Assembly: GCA_050998695.1 (NCBI GenBank) | Contig: JBPCPX010000006.1 | Span: forward strand, 1 to 49,569 | Direction: 5' to 3' | Origin: Actinomycetota bacterium | GTDB lineage: Bacteria; Actinomycetota; UBA4738; HRBIN12 | DNA length: 49,569 bases | In this document: positions 36,805-45,716 of the stretch, in pieces | How the letters are laid out: the number at the start of each line of letters is the position of its first letter | How positions within the stretch are numbered: the stretch's first letter is position 1 | Notes under the pieces: generated by a model | The model's input: only the letters and a program-made list of their open reading frames with translations | What the model was told of the DNA's origin: nothing | Databases searched by the model: none | Program-made: the position numbers and the translations under genes

Positions 36805-37662
36805 TCAGTCGAACTCGGAGAGCTGGCCGCGGAGGCCGCCGACCGCCTTGGTGTGGATCTGACACACGCGTGACTCGGTCACGCCGAGGATCTCCCCGAT
36901 CTCCGCCAGCGTGAGACCTTCGAAGTAGTACAGGGTGACCACGATCTTCTCCCGCTCCGAAAGAGAGTTGATCGCAGCGGCGAGCAAGCCGCGCGTCTCC
37001 TGACTCTCGAGCCCCCAGGTGGGGTCGAGGCCTTTGTCGGCGATGGTGTCGATGAGCGCCACCTGGTCGCCTCGGTCGCTCCCCGAGGAAACGACCTCGT
37101 CGAGCGCCAGCACCGAGACGAACGAGATCTGGGAGACCATCGCGTGCAGCTCCGGTCGGCTCATGCCGAGACGATCGGCGAGCTCCTCCTCCGACGGCTG
37201 CCGCTTCAGCATCGCCTCGAGGTCCGCCTGTGCCTTCTCGAGCTCCCGCGCCTTGAAGCGGATCGAGCGTGGGACCCAGTCCATCGCCCGTAGCTCGTCG
37301 ATGATCGCGCCCTTGATCCTGGGGACGGCGTAGGTCTCGAACTTGTTGCCACGACCCGGCTCGAACTTCTCGAGGGCATCGATCAACCCGAACATGCCGT
37401 AGCTCACGAGGTCATGCTGATCGACGCTGGAGGGCAAACCGGTCGCGACGCGGCTCGCGACGTACTTCACGAGTGGTGCGTAGTGGAGGATCAGCTTCTC
37501 GCGCGCGTCGTGGTCGGCCCCGCTCTTGTATGCGTCCCATCGGATCGAGAGCTCGTCATCGACCGCGGCCGGGATCGTCACCGTCCTGGAGAGCGGAGCC
37601 TTCGCCGGCGCCTTGCGTGGGCGCACCGCGGTCTTCGTCGCGACCTTCTTCGCCGTCGCCAT
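36805..37662 (-). CDS. whiG: FliA/WhiG-family (sigma-28 type) RNA polymerase sigma factor
   Basis: 285 aa from the ATG at 37662, 1 nt after the xerC stop. Regions 2-4 are recognisable (YAPLVKYVASR, FETYAVPRIKGAIIDELR, LTLAEIGEILGVTESRVCQIH). Placement near rpsB matches Streptomyces whiG. Confidence 0.85.
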   Translation of the reverse strand: MATAKKVATKTAVRPRKAPAKAPLSRTVTIPAAVDDELSIRWDAYKSGADHDAREKLILHYAPLVKYVASRVATGLPSSVDQHDLVSYGMFGLIDALEKFEPGRGNKFETYAVPRIKGAIIDELRAMDWVPRSIRFKARELEKAQADLEAMLKRQPSEEELADRLGMSRPELHAMVSQISFVSVLALDEVVSSGSDRGDQVALIDTIADKGLDPTWGLESQETRGLLAAAINSLSEREKIVVTLYYFEGLTLAEIGEILGVTESRVCQIHTKAVGGLRGQLSEFD

Positions 37663-37663
37663 G

Positions 37664-38590
37664 TCAGGCCCTCGGATGAGCGCGTTCGTAGGCCTCGAAG
37701 AGCCGACGTCGCGAGACATGCGTGTACCGCTGCGTCGTCGCGACGCTCGCGTGTCCGAGCAGTTCCTGGACAGCCCTGATGTCGGCCCCCCCTTCCAGAA
37801 GGTGCGTGGCGAACGAGTGCCGCAGGGTGTGCGGGGTCACCCGCCTCCCTGGCAGCAGGGTAGCGCCATACCGCTCCACCATCGAACGGATGTCGCGCTC
37901 ACTGAAGGGATTGCGGCGGCGATTGAAGAAGAGTGAGTGAGATCCTTCCCGAGCTATCGTGGAGCGACCATCCCGCAGGTAAGCACTCATCGCGTCCGCG
38001 GCATACTCGGAAATAGGTACTTCACGCTCCTTCGAGCCCTTGCCGAGCACGAGCACTCGCCCGCGCGGAACATCGATGCGATCAAGCGTGAGGGTCGCCA
38101 CCTCGCCGACGCGGAGGCCGGAGCCGTACAGGAGCTCGAGGACGGCGCGATCGCGCAGGGCGATCGCGCGCTCGAGCGGATCGTCGTGGGCCGTTCCTCC
38201 CGGCGCCTCCGCGAGACCGTCCGCCTCCCTCGGGCGGAGCACGGTGGGGAGGCGATTGACCACCTTGGGACGTCCGAGCAGCAGGGAAGGGTCACGCTCC
38301 CCACGCCCCGCGGAGACGGCCCACCGGTAGAAGGTCCTGATCGCACCCACGCGCCGAGCGATGGTCGCCCGGGCGTAGCCGAGCGTGTGCTGCTGGGCGA
38401 GGAACCGGCGGAGGAGCGGATAGGGAGCCTCTCCGAGTGAAGAGCGGTTCCTCGTGAGGAAGATGGCCAGCTGCTGGAGGTCGACCCCATAGGCAGCAAC
38501 CGTATGCGCCGACAGGCGGCGCTCGAGGGCCAGATGGTCCTCGAAGGCGCGGAGAAGCTCGATCTCGGTTGGGGGAAGTCCTTCGGGCAT
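37664..38590 (-). CDS. xerC: Tyrosine recombinase XerC
   Basis: 308 aa from the ATG at 38590. Catalytic region HTLRHSFATHLLEGGADIRAVQELLGHASVATTQRYTHV. Follows dprA, as in actinobacteria. Confidence 0.9.
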   Translation of the reverse strand: MPEGLPPTEIELLRAFEDHLALERRLSAHTVAAYGVDLQQLAIFLTRNRSSLGEAPYPLLRRFLAQQHTLGYARATIARRVGAIRTFYRWAVSAGRGERDPSLLLGRPKVVNRLPTVLRPREADGLAEAPGGTAHDDPLERAIALRDRAVLELLYGSGLRVGEVATLTLDRIDVPRGRVLVLGKGSKEREVPISEYAADAMSAYLRDGRSTIAREGSHSLFFNRRRNPFSERDIRSMVERYGATLLPGRRVTPHTLRHSFATHLLEGGADIRAVQELLGHASVATTQRYTHVSRRRLFEAYERAHPRA

Positions 38591-38707
38591 GCACGCTCCC
38601 AGCGGTGGCGTCCTGTGTATCAACCGGAGGGGTGGCACGCAAGGTCCCTAGTGAGGGCACCGGCATCCCCCGGCCGCGTGGCGGCCCCTCCACCTAGCCG
38701 ACGGGGA

Positions 38708-38726
38708 GGCCGCGACCTTCGCGGCC
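38708..38726 (-). terminator. Perfect 8-bp GC hairpin downstream of dprA (possible U-tract-less terminator or stabiliser)
   Basis: GGCCGCGA-CCT-TCGCGGCC lies about 28 nt after the dprA stop, in the 163-nt gap before xerC. No U tract follows. Confidence 0.3.
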
Positions 38727-38753
38727 GGCTCCTGGTTCCGCAGGTGCGCCTCC

Positions 38754-39884
38754 TCAGTGAGCGATCCGAGCGGAGGAGCGATGTCGACGTTCGTAGCGGC
38801 CGCCGACGCTCTCGATCAACCCACGCAGCTCCAGCTTGATCAATGTGGTGACGGCATCCGGGATCGACATCCCTGCCTCTCGCGCGACGGCGTCCGGCAG
38901 CGACCCTCCCGACAGCGCGTCCCAGACCTTTCGCTCGTCATCGCCGAGGTCGGGAGGTGCCGGAGGCGGCGCGGCGCGATCGATCCCGAGGTCGTCCAGG
39001 AGATCGTCGGCACCCCGGATCAGCGTCGCCCCGTCACGGATCATCTCGAGCGGGGTCTCCGCGAGTGGGCTCGTCACCGGCCCCGGGACGGCGAAGATCT
39101 CGCGGCCCAAGTCGAGTGCGTGATCGACCGAGATCCGCGACCCGCTCTTCGTCGCACCCTCGACGACCACGAGCGCCCGCGCGAGCGCCACGACGACTCT
39201 GTTCCGCGCCGGGAAGTGCTGCGGCCACGCCGGCGTGCCGGGTGGGTACTCGCTCACGATGGTGCCGCTCACCGCGACCCGCTCGAGAAGATCCCGACTA
39301 CTCGCCGGGTACACGACGTCGATCCCGGAGCCGAGCACCGCGACCGTCCGGCCCGCCGCCCGGAGCGCACCTCGGTGCGCCGCTGCGTCGATGCCGTGCG
39401 CCGCGCCGGAGACGACGGCGAGGCCGGAGGCCACCAGTGCTCTCCCCAGGTCCTGTGCCACGTCCCGCCCGACGTTCGAGCACTTCCGCGAGCCGACGAT
39501 CGCCACCCGCTCGGGCGACTCCCCGAGCGGCCTCCCGAGTACGAAGAGACATGCCGGCGGATCCCTGAGGTCGTTCAGCCGGTCCTCGTACTCGGGATCC
39601 GCCGGCGTGACGAACCTCGCCCCGGCTTGCTCGACACGAGCGGCGGACGTCCTGGGATCGACCTGCGGGAGCCATCCGCGGTCCCCGTCGCTCCCCAGCC
39701 GTGCGCGCCGGACGGACTCGACGCACCCTCGTGCCGACCCCGTCACCCATGCTTCCTCGTGCACGCGAAGCGGCCGCAGCGCTCGCAGCTCCGACAGGGT
39801 CAGGAGGGCGGCGCGTTCGTCGTCCCCGTCCCCGAACCCGGGCGGCCACCCACGAGGCGGTGGCGGCTCCGGCTCATCCGGCAC
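38754..39884 (-). CDS. dprA: DNA-processing protein DprA (Smf)
   Basis: 376 aa with GTG start: IVGSRKCS...VVSGAAHGIDAAAHRGAL...ARNRVVVALA. Overlaps the yifB end by 11 nt. Confidence 0.92.
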   Translation of the reverse strand: MPDEPEPPPPRGWPPGFGDGDDERAALLTLSELRALRPLRVHEEAWVTGSARGCVESVRRARLGSDGDRGWLPQVDPRTSAARVEQAGARFVTPADPEYEDRLNDLRDPPACLFVLGRPLGESPERVAIVGSRKCSNVGRDVAQDLGRALVASGLAVVSGAAHGIDAAAHRGALRAAGRTVAVLGSGIDVVYPASSRDLLERVAVSGTIVSEYPPGTPAWPQHFPARNRVVVALARALVVVEGATKSGSRISVDHALDLGREIFAVPGPVTSPLAETPLEMIRDGATLIRGADDLLDDLGIDRAAPPPAPPDLGDDERKVWDALSGGSLPDAVAREAGMSIPDAVTTLIKLELRGLIESVGGRYERRHRSSARIAH

Positions 39885-41412
39885 GGGCGAGCACCTCCGG
39901 TCCGAATCCGGTCCGGTACGAGAGCGCTTCCGCGAGGTGGTCGGTCTCGACCCGCTCCGAGCCGGCGAGGTCGGCGACCGTCCGCCCGACCTTGATGGCG
40001 CGGTCGAAGCCGCGGCCGGTGAGCGCCAACGTCTCCACCGCCTCGGTCAGCAGGCTCTCGGCATCGGGAGACAACGAACAGGTTCGGCGCGCGACGGGAC
40101 CCGGCAGGTGCGCGTTGCACGACACCCCCAGCGACGCCCATCGTCGGCGCTGCCGGTCGCGCGCCGCCTCGACCCTGGCCCGTGCCCGCGAGGACGCCTC
40201 TCCCGGCGAGGAGCCCAGCAGCTCCTCCTTGGTGAGCCGCGGGATGCGCAGCCGGATGTCGATCCGGTCGAGCAACGGCCCCGAGAGCTTGTTCCGGTAC
40301 AGCTGGACCCGGTCGGGCCTGCAGACGCACTGCCTGAGCCCGTCCCCGTCGAAACCGCACGGGCACGGGTTGGCCGCGGCCACGAGGGTGAACCGCGCCG
40401 GGAACTCCACGGATCCGACGGCGCGTGTGATGACGACGCGGCCGTCCTCCAGCGGTTGTCGTAGTCCCTCGACGGCGTCGCGTCGGAACTCGGTGAGCTC
40501 GTCGAGGAACAGGACCCCGTGGTGCGCGAGACTCACCTCACCGGGTCGGACATACGTGCTGCCGCCGCCGAGTAACCCCACGGTCGAGACCGAATGGTGC
40601 GGCGCGCGGAACGGTCTGGCTCGCAGCAGACCCCTCGATGAACCGAGCAGTCCCGCGACGGAGTGCAGCTGCGTCGCTTCGAGCGATTCCTCCCGCGAGA
40701 GCTCCGGCAGGATCGTCGGCAGTCGCCGCGCGAGCATGGTCTTCCCGGCGCCGGGCGAACCCACCATCAGCATGTTGTGACCGCCGGCCGCCGCGACCTC
40801 GAGCGCACGACGCGCCTGCTTTTGCCCACGCACTTCGGCCAGGTCCATGGTCGCGGCGGCCGGCGCATCCTCCGCCGGTGTCACCACGTCGGGCGCCGAC
40901 CACGTCCCTCGGAGGAATCCGACCGCATCGGAGAGTGTCTCCGCGCCGACCACCTGGAGCCCCTCGACCTGCGCGGCCTCGACGGCATTGGCGGCGGGCA
41001 CCACGATCCCGCTCAGACCCGCCGTCGCGGCCGCGATGGCCACGGTGAGGATGCCGGGCGTCGTGAGCAGTTCTCCCTTCAGCGAGACCTCTCCGGCGAA
41101 GGCGAACGCGGGCAGTCGATCGTCTGGGATCTGCCGTGTCGCCGCGAGCACGCTCATCACCAATGGCAGATCGAGGCCGGGACCTTCCTTCCGAACGTTG
41201 GCAGGCGCGAGGTTCACGACGACACGCCGGAGCGGCCACTCGAGCTTGGCGCCTTCGACGGCGGGGCGGACCCGCTCCCGCGCGTCCTGCACGCCGGCCC
41301 CAGGGAGTCCCGTGACGATGAGGGCAGGGAGACCGCGACCCACGTGCGCCTCCACCGTCACGAGATGCCCGCCGACGCCGAGCACCGCCACCCCCAGGAC
41401 CCGCCCGTACAT
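39874..41412 (-). CDS. yifB: YifB/ComM family Mg-chelatase-like AAA+ ATPase
   Basis: 512 aa from the internal ATG at 41412 (MYGRVLGVAVLGVGGHLVTVEAH...). Walker A GSPGAGKT, and a Cys cluster NPCPCG. The ORF extension to 41775 is antisense to the decarboxylase gene. Confidence 0.92.
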   Translation of the reverse strand: MYGRVLGVAVLGVGGHLVTVEAHVGRGLPALIVTGLPGAGVQDARERVRPAVEGAKLEWPLRRVVVNLAPANVRKEGPGLDLPLVMSVLAATRQIPDDRLPAFAFAGEVSLKGELLTTPGILTVAIAAATAGLSGIVVPAANAVEAAQVEGLQVVGAETLSDAVGFLRGTWSAPDVVTPAEDAPAAATMDLAEVRGQKQARRALEVAAAGGHNMLMVGSPGAGKTMLARRLPTILPELSREESLEATQLHSVAGLLGSSRGLLRARPFRAPHHSVSTVGLLGGGSTYVRPGEVSLAHHGVLFLDELTEFRRDAVEGLRQPLEDGRVVITRAVGSVEFPARFTLVAAANPCPCGFDGDGLRQCVCRPDRVQLYRNKLSGPLLDRIDIRLRIPRLTKEELLGSSPGEASSRARARVEAARDRQRRRWASLGVSCNAHLPGPVARRTCSLSPDAESLLTEAVETLALTGRGFDRAIKVGRTVADLAGSERVETDHLAEALSYRTGFGPEVLARAG

Positions 41413-41493
41413 GAGCGCCGGACGATACTTGCGACCACCGACACGGCTGGCTCGATCAGCAGCCGCGATAGCATCCGCCGCGTGCCCGAGCCC

Positions 41494-42993
41494 ATGGATC
41501 ATCCCGAGCCCGAGCTGATCGACGTCCGCGATCCCGAACGGTCGCGCGCGGCGCTGGAACGCCTCGGCGAGCGAACGTGGGCCGAGGCTCTCGACTGGCT
41601 CTATGGGCCCGCGGCGGATCGTCCCACCGCGCCCGACCTCTACCCGCACATGCGCCGGGCCTTCTTCGGTGAGTCCGGTGCTCCCGGTCCCGCGCCGGTG
41701 GGCGGCCTTACCTCGGACGACGTGCTCGCGGAGTTCCGCGAGCGTCTCGCTCCGTTCGCCTACGCGGCGCAACACCCGGGCTCGTACAGCTACTTCACGC
41801 CGCCGCCTCTTCCGATGTCGATCGCCGGGGAGACCCTCGCGCAGTGGCTGAACCAGGGCATCGACGTGTGGCTCTCAGGGATGGCGGCACCGTTCGTCGA
41901 GGAAGAGGTGATCCGCTGGCTCTGCGACGTCTGCGGCTCCGGCGCCGACGCGTGGGGCGTCCTCACGAGCGGCGGCGTGATGGCGAACATCATGGCCCTC
42001 ACCGTCGCTCGGGACGTGCACCTGGCGAAGATCCTCGGCATCGACGAGCCACCGCGCGGAACACGGCTCGAAGGCACACGGATCTACGCCTCCGATCAGA
42101 CACACTTCTCGATCGAGCGGGCGGTCGACCTCCTCGGCTTTCCGGACACCACCCTCCGGATCGTTCCCTCCGAGGACGACTACCGTCTGCGCGCGGCGCC
42201 CGTCGCGGCGGCGATCGCCGAGGACCGTGCGAGTGGGCTGACGCCGTTCGCCATCAGCGCGGTTGCCGGCTCGACGAACACGGGATCGATCGACGATGTC
42301 CCCGCGCTCGCGGACCTCGCCGAGCGCGAGGGGTTGTGGCTCCACGTCGACGCGGCGTACGGCGCGGCCGCCCGGCTCTCGGCGCGCGAGGCGCACAAGC
42401 TGCCGTCACTCGAACGCGCCGACACGCTCACGGTCGATCCGCACAAGTGGCTCTTCCAGAGCTACGACATCGGTGCGTTGCTCGTGAAGCGTCGCGAGGA
42501 TCTCCTGCGCACCTTCCACCGCGAGCCGGAGTACTACGCCGTCTGGGGCCCCGAAGAGCGGCCGCTCCACTGGTACCAGTACTCGCTGGAGGGCACGCGC
42601 CGGTTCCGCGCGCTCAAGCTCTGGTTGTCCTGGAAGCATCTCGGCTCCGACGGCTATGCGAGCCTGATCGAACGCAACGTCGACCTGGCCGGGTATCTGG
42701 CGTCGCGCGCGGAGGAACTGGCCTTCGAGGTGATCGCGCCGGAGCTCGCGGTCGTCTGCGTGCGGTGGGCACCGCCGGGACTCGATCCGGCGAAGACCGA
42801 CGAGCTGCAGCGGCGGCTCCAGCGCGCCCTGGAGGTCTCCGGCGTGGGGTGGCTCTCGACCACCACGCTCCGCGGCAGAACATGGCTACGGGCGGGCGTG
42901 ATCAACTACCTCTCGACGGAGGCCGATGCCGACCTGATCCTCGACACGCTGGTGGGTGCCTCAGAAGGCATCCTCGAAGACCTCGATCGTTGA
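41494..42993 (+). CDS. Group II pyridoxal-phosphate-dependent amino-acid decarboxylase
   Basis: 499 aa from the ATG at 41494; a GTG at 41482 is possible. PLP-lysine motif TVDPHKW, plus TSGGVMANIMAL and HVDAAYGA. The 5' part of ORF 40663..42993 is antisense to yifB. Confidence 0.88.
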   Translation: MDHPEPELIDVRDPERSRAALERLGERTWAEALDWLYGPAADRPTAPDLYPHMRRAFFGESGAPGPAPVGGLTSDDVLAEFRERLAPFAYAAQHPGSYSYFTPPPLPMSIAGETLAQWLNQGIDVWLSGMAAPFVEEEVIRWLCDVCGSGADAWGVLTSGGVMANIMALTVARDVHLAKILGIDEPPRGTRLEGTRIYASDQTHFSIERAVDLLGFPDTTLRIVPSEDDYRLRAAPVAAAIAEDRASGLTPFAISAVAGSTNTGSIDDVPALADLAEREGLWLHVDAAYGAAARLSAREAHKLPSLERADTLTVDPHKWLFQSYDIGALLVKRREDLLRTFHREPEYYAVWGPEERPLHWYQYSLEGTRRFRALKLWLSWKHLGSDGYASLIERNVDLAGYLASRAEELAFEVIAPELAVVCVRWAPPGLDPAKTDELQRRLQRALEVSGVGWLSTTTLRGRTWLRAGVINYLSTEADADLILDTLVGASEGILEDLDR

Positions 42994-43311
42994 TCTCCGA
43001 TCCCGCACCGCGACGCTCGCCACGTCGAAGCGGATCGCCTGAGGTCGCGCGCTCGAGGCCTGAAGGTACGCCTCCGCGAGGGACCGGAGCTTCGCTCGCT
43101 TCCTCCACGTGACGGCCTCGAACCCGCCGCCATACACACCGTTCCGCCGAGATTTCACCTCGCAGAACACGAGGACACCCCGGCGTTCCACGATCAGATC
43201 CACCTCCCCGAGGCCACAGCGCCAGTTCCGCGCGATCACCCGATAGCCACGCCGGCGGTACGCATCCGCAGCCGCATCTTCTCCGTGCGAGCCGATCGAT
43301 CCCGTCGCCAC
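42961..43311 (-). CDS. yraN: YraN (UPF0102) family endonuclease
   Basis: 116 aa from the GTG at 43311: GEDAAADAYRRRGYRVIARNWRCGLGEVDLIV...VFCEVKSR. Its 3' end overlaps the convergent decarboxylase gene by 33 nt. Confidence 0.85.
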   Translation of the reverse strand: MATGSIGSHGEDAAADAYRRRGYRVIARNWRCGLGEVDLIVERRGVLVFCEVKSRRNGVYGGGFEAVTWRKRAKLRSLAEAYLQASSARPQAIRFDVASVAVRDRRSTIEVFEDAF

Positions 43312-43343
43312 ACGAGGGACGGTAGTCGGGGGTGCCGACAGGA

Positions 43344-43985
43344 TCAGGTCACTGCGGGCCGGCGACCGGTCAGCGCCGAGACCACGCCGAGGCCGATCAG
43401 CGTCAGCCCGGGGAGCCAACGGCGCACGACCCCCGAGCGCCGGCGGCTCGCCAGCCTCCGGGATACGCGGGCCGAGACGAGCGCGTAGGTCCCGTCCGAG
43501 ATGAAGCCGAGGAGGATGAACGTGAGACCGAGGAGAACGATCTGCAGCGGAACCGAGCCTTTCGACACATCCACGAACTGGGGCAGGAACGCCAGGAAGA
43601 ACAACGCCGTCTTCGGATTCAAGACGTTCACCACCACGCCCTGCGCGTAGACGCGTCGAAGCGAGTGACCCTTCCCCGCGACATCGGGCCGCTCCTCATC
43701 GCGCCCGCGGAGCGCTCGGATCCCGAGCCAGATGAGGTACGCGGCGCCCACGTACTTCACGATGCCGTAGGTGAGCGCGGAGGACGCGAGGATGGCCGAC
43801 AGGCCGAGCGCCGCCGCCGTGACGTGGACGATCGAGCCCGTGTGGACACCCAGGACCGACACCAACCCCGCAGCCTTCCCCTGGTCCATCGAGCGCGTGA
43901 CGATGTAGAGGACCGACGGACCCGGTACGACGAGCAGCGCGAGCGACGCCACGGCGAAGGCCGCGAAGACCTCCGGGGAAGGCAT
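43344..43985 (-). CDS. LysE/RhtB family amino-acid exporter
   Basis: 213 aa with 5-6 TM segments: LLVVPGPSVLYIV...NPKTALFFLAFLPQF. The start overlaps the DUF2469 stop by 1 nt (TGATG). Confidence 0.88.
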   Translation of the reverse strand: MPSPEVFAAFAVASLALLVVPGPSVLYIVTRSMDQGKAAGLVSVLGVHTGSIVHVTAAALGLSAILASSALTYGIVKYVGAAYLIWLGIRALRGRDEERPDVAGKGHSLRRVYAQGVVVNVLNPKTALFFLAFLPQFVDVSKGSVPLQIVLLGLTFILLGFISDGTYALVSARVSRRLASRRRSGVVRRWLPGLTLIGLGVVSALTGRRPAVT

Positions 43986-44293
43986 CAGACCTGGGGTGAG
44001 TCGGGGATCGACGTGGCGTCCTGACGGAGCTCCTCCACGTTGACGTCGTGCCTCGTCACCACGCGGACGGTGGACACGAATCGAGCGGGCCGGAACATGT
44101 CCCAGACCCAGGCGTCGTTGAGCTCGACGCGGACCCAGCCGCCCTCGAGATGCTCGAGCTCCACCTTGTTGGCGAGGTAGAAGCGACGCTCGGTCTCGAT
44201 CACGTAGGCGAACATCGGGAGGACGTCCCGGTACTCGCGGTAGAGCTCGAGCTCGCGCTCCTCCTCGAAGCGCTCGATGTCGTCTTCGTTCAT
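43985..44293 (-). CDS. DUF2469 family protein
   Basis: 102 aa: ELELYREYRDVLPMFAYVIETERRFYLAN. Conserved actinobacterial partner of rnhB, with an ATGA overlap with the rnhB stop. Confidence 0.9.
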   Translation of the reverse strand: MNEDDIERFEEERELELYREYRDVLPMFAYVIETERRFYLANKVELEHLEGGWVRVELNDAWVWDMFRPARFVSTVRVVTRHDVNVEELRQDATSIPDSPQV

Positions 44294-44994
44294 CGCGTCA
44301 TGCTCTCATGCGAGCTCGTTCCCCACGTCGGGAAGCCGCTCACTCGTCCGAACCCCGGGAGCAACGGCTGACCGACGCACGCGAAGGAGAACCGGTGGAT
44401 CGGGGTCGGCCCGAGACGGTCGAGCACCTCCATATGCTCGGGCGTCCCGTACCCCATGTTGTGGTTGAAGCCGAACGCCGGGTAGCGGCGGTGCATCCGA
44501 ACCATGATCCGATCCCTGGTGACCTTCGCGACGATCGAAGCGGCGGCGACCGAGATCGCCACCGCGTCGCCCTTCTTGATCGCGAGCGACGGACACGGCA
44601 TGCGCGGCACCGGGAAGCCGTCGGTGAGGGCGTACTCGGGCGCCGGATCGAGCGCACGGATGCACCGCCGCAGCAAGGCGAGGTTGGAGCGGTGGAGGCC
44701 TCGATGGTCGATCGCGGCCGGCTCGGCCTTCGCCACGGCGAACGACGCCGCCGCGACGATCCGTGCGTAGGCAGCCTCCCGCTGGTTCCGGGTCAGGAGC
44801 TTCGAGTCGTCGATCCCCTCGGGATCGAAGCCCTCTGGGAGGACCACCGCCGCCGCCACCAGCGGACCGGCTAACGCGCCCCGGCCGGCTTCGTCCGCGC
44901 CGGCGACCCGCATGAAACCCTGCTCGCGCAGGGCACGCTCGTAGCGAACGAGGTCGCCGGTCAGTCGATCCCTCCGATCCTCCCGAAGGGCCAC
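44290..44994 (-). CDS. rnhB: Ribonuclease HII
   Basis: VAGADEAGRGALAGPLVAAAV and DDSKLL motifs. The conserved YERALREQGF segment lies upstream of the first ATG (44913), so I favour the GTG at 44994 (234 aa), which overlaps the lepB end by 34 nt. The start is uncertain. Confidence 0.85.
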   Translation of the reverse strand: MALREDRRDRLTGDLVRYERALREQGFMRVAGADEAGRGALAGPLVAAAVVLPEGFDPEGIDDSKLLTRNQREAAYARIVAAASFAVAKAEPAAIDHRGLHRSNLALLRRCIRALDPAPEYALTDGFPVPRMPCPSLAIKKGDAVAISVAAASIVAKVTRDRIMVRMHRRYPAFGFNHNMGYGTPEHMEVLDRLGPTPIHRFSFACVGQPLLPGFGRVSGFPTWGTSSHESMTR

Positions 44995-45716
44995 GCGATC
45001 ACGAACGCCTCCCCGACCACTTTCTCCTCCGGGATGTAGCCGAGTCCACCGGGAGGCGGGAACCTCGAGTCCCCCGAGTGCAGCCGGTTGTCGCCCAATA
45101 CGAAGAGCATGCCATCCGGAACCGTCTCGGGGCCGAAGTCCCGGGAATCCCGTTCCGCAGCCAGGTACGGCTCGCGGACCTGGATACCGTTCACGAACAT
45201 CACCCCTCGCCGCATCTCCCACGTGTCGCCTTCCATCGCCACGACGCGTTTGATGAAGTCCGCGTCCTCTGGTCTGGCCACCCCGATTCCCTCGCCCAAC
45301 CAGTGGAGGAAACCCCCCGCGATCCCGCGGTCCTCGTGCGGCGCGGGATGAGGATCCGAGAACACGATGACGTTTCCGTACGTGACGTCGGAGAACACCT
45401 TGCAGATCCTGCAGACGAGGATCCGATCGCCCGGCTCGAGGGTCGGCTCCATCGACGCGGACGGGATGAAGAAGGCCTGGATCAGGAAGCTCTTGATGAG
45501 GATCGCCAGCACCAGCGCCGAGAGGACGAGCGGCACGAGCTCCCGGAGGGCGCCTCCGAGACCCTCGGGCTCGGGACGGCGCCGTCTGGTGCGGGAGTCG
45601 GTCTCGGCGTGGCGTCCGGCACTGCGCCCTTCGGGCGGGCCGAGGTCGGTGTCAGAGAGAGACGTGCGAGGCGGCGCCGGGCCGGCCGCCTCGGCCGGGT
45701 CCCGCGTCTCGGCCAC
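44961..45716 (-). CDS. lepB: Signal peptidase I
   Basis: 251 aa with GTG start directly after the rplS stop. Catalytic motifs PSASMEPTL, KRVVAMEGD and GDNRLHSGDSR. Confidence 0.93.
   Translation of the reverse strand: MAETRDPAEAAGPAPPRTSLSDTDLGPPEGRSAGRHAETDSRTRRRRPEPEGLGGALRELVPLVLSALVLAILIKSFLIQAFFIPSASMEPTLEPGDRILVCRICKVFSDVTYGNVIVFSDPHPAPHEDRGIAGGFLHWLGEGIGVARPEDADFIKRVVAMEGDTWEMRRGVMFVNGIQVREPYLAAERDSRDFGPETVPDGMLFVLGDNRLHSGDSRFPPPGGLGYIPEEKVVGEAFVIAWPFGRIGGID

Noticed and set aside
37664-38590. xerC as a possible marker of an integrated mobile element
   Set aside because: It sits in its conserved chromosomal context (dprA-xerC-whiG). It has no flanking repeats, att-like sites, tRNA or phage/IS genes, so it is the housekeeping dimer-resolution recombinase.
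40663-41493. Upstream part of plus-strand ORF 40663..42993
   Set aside because: It is antisense to yifB and Arg/His/Gly-rich. The decarboxylase homology begins at MDHPEPE (41494).
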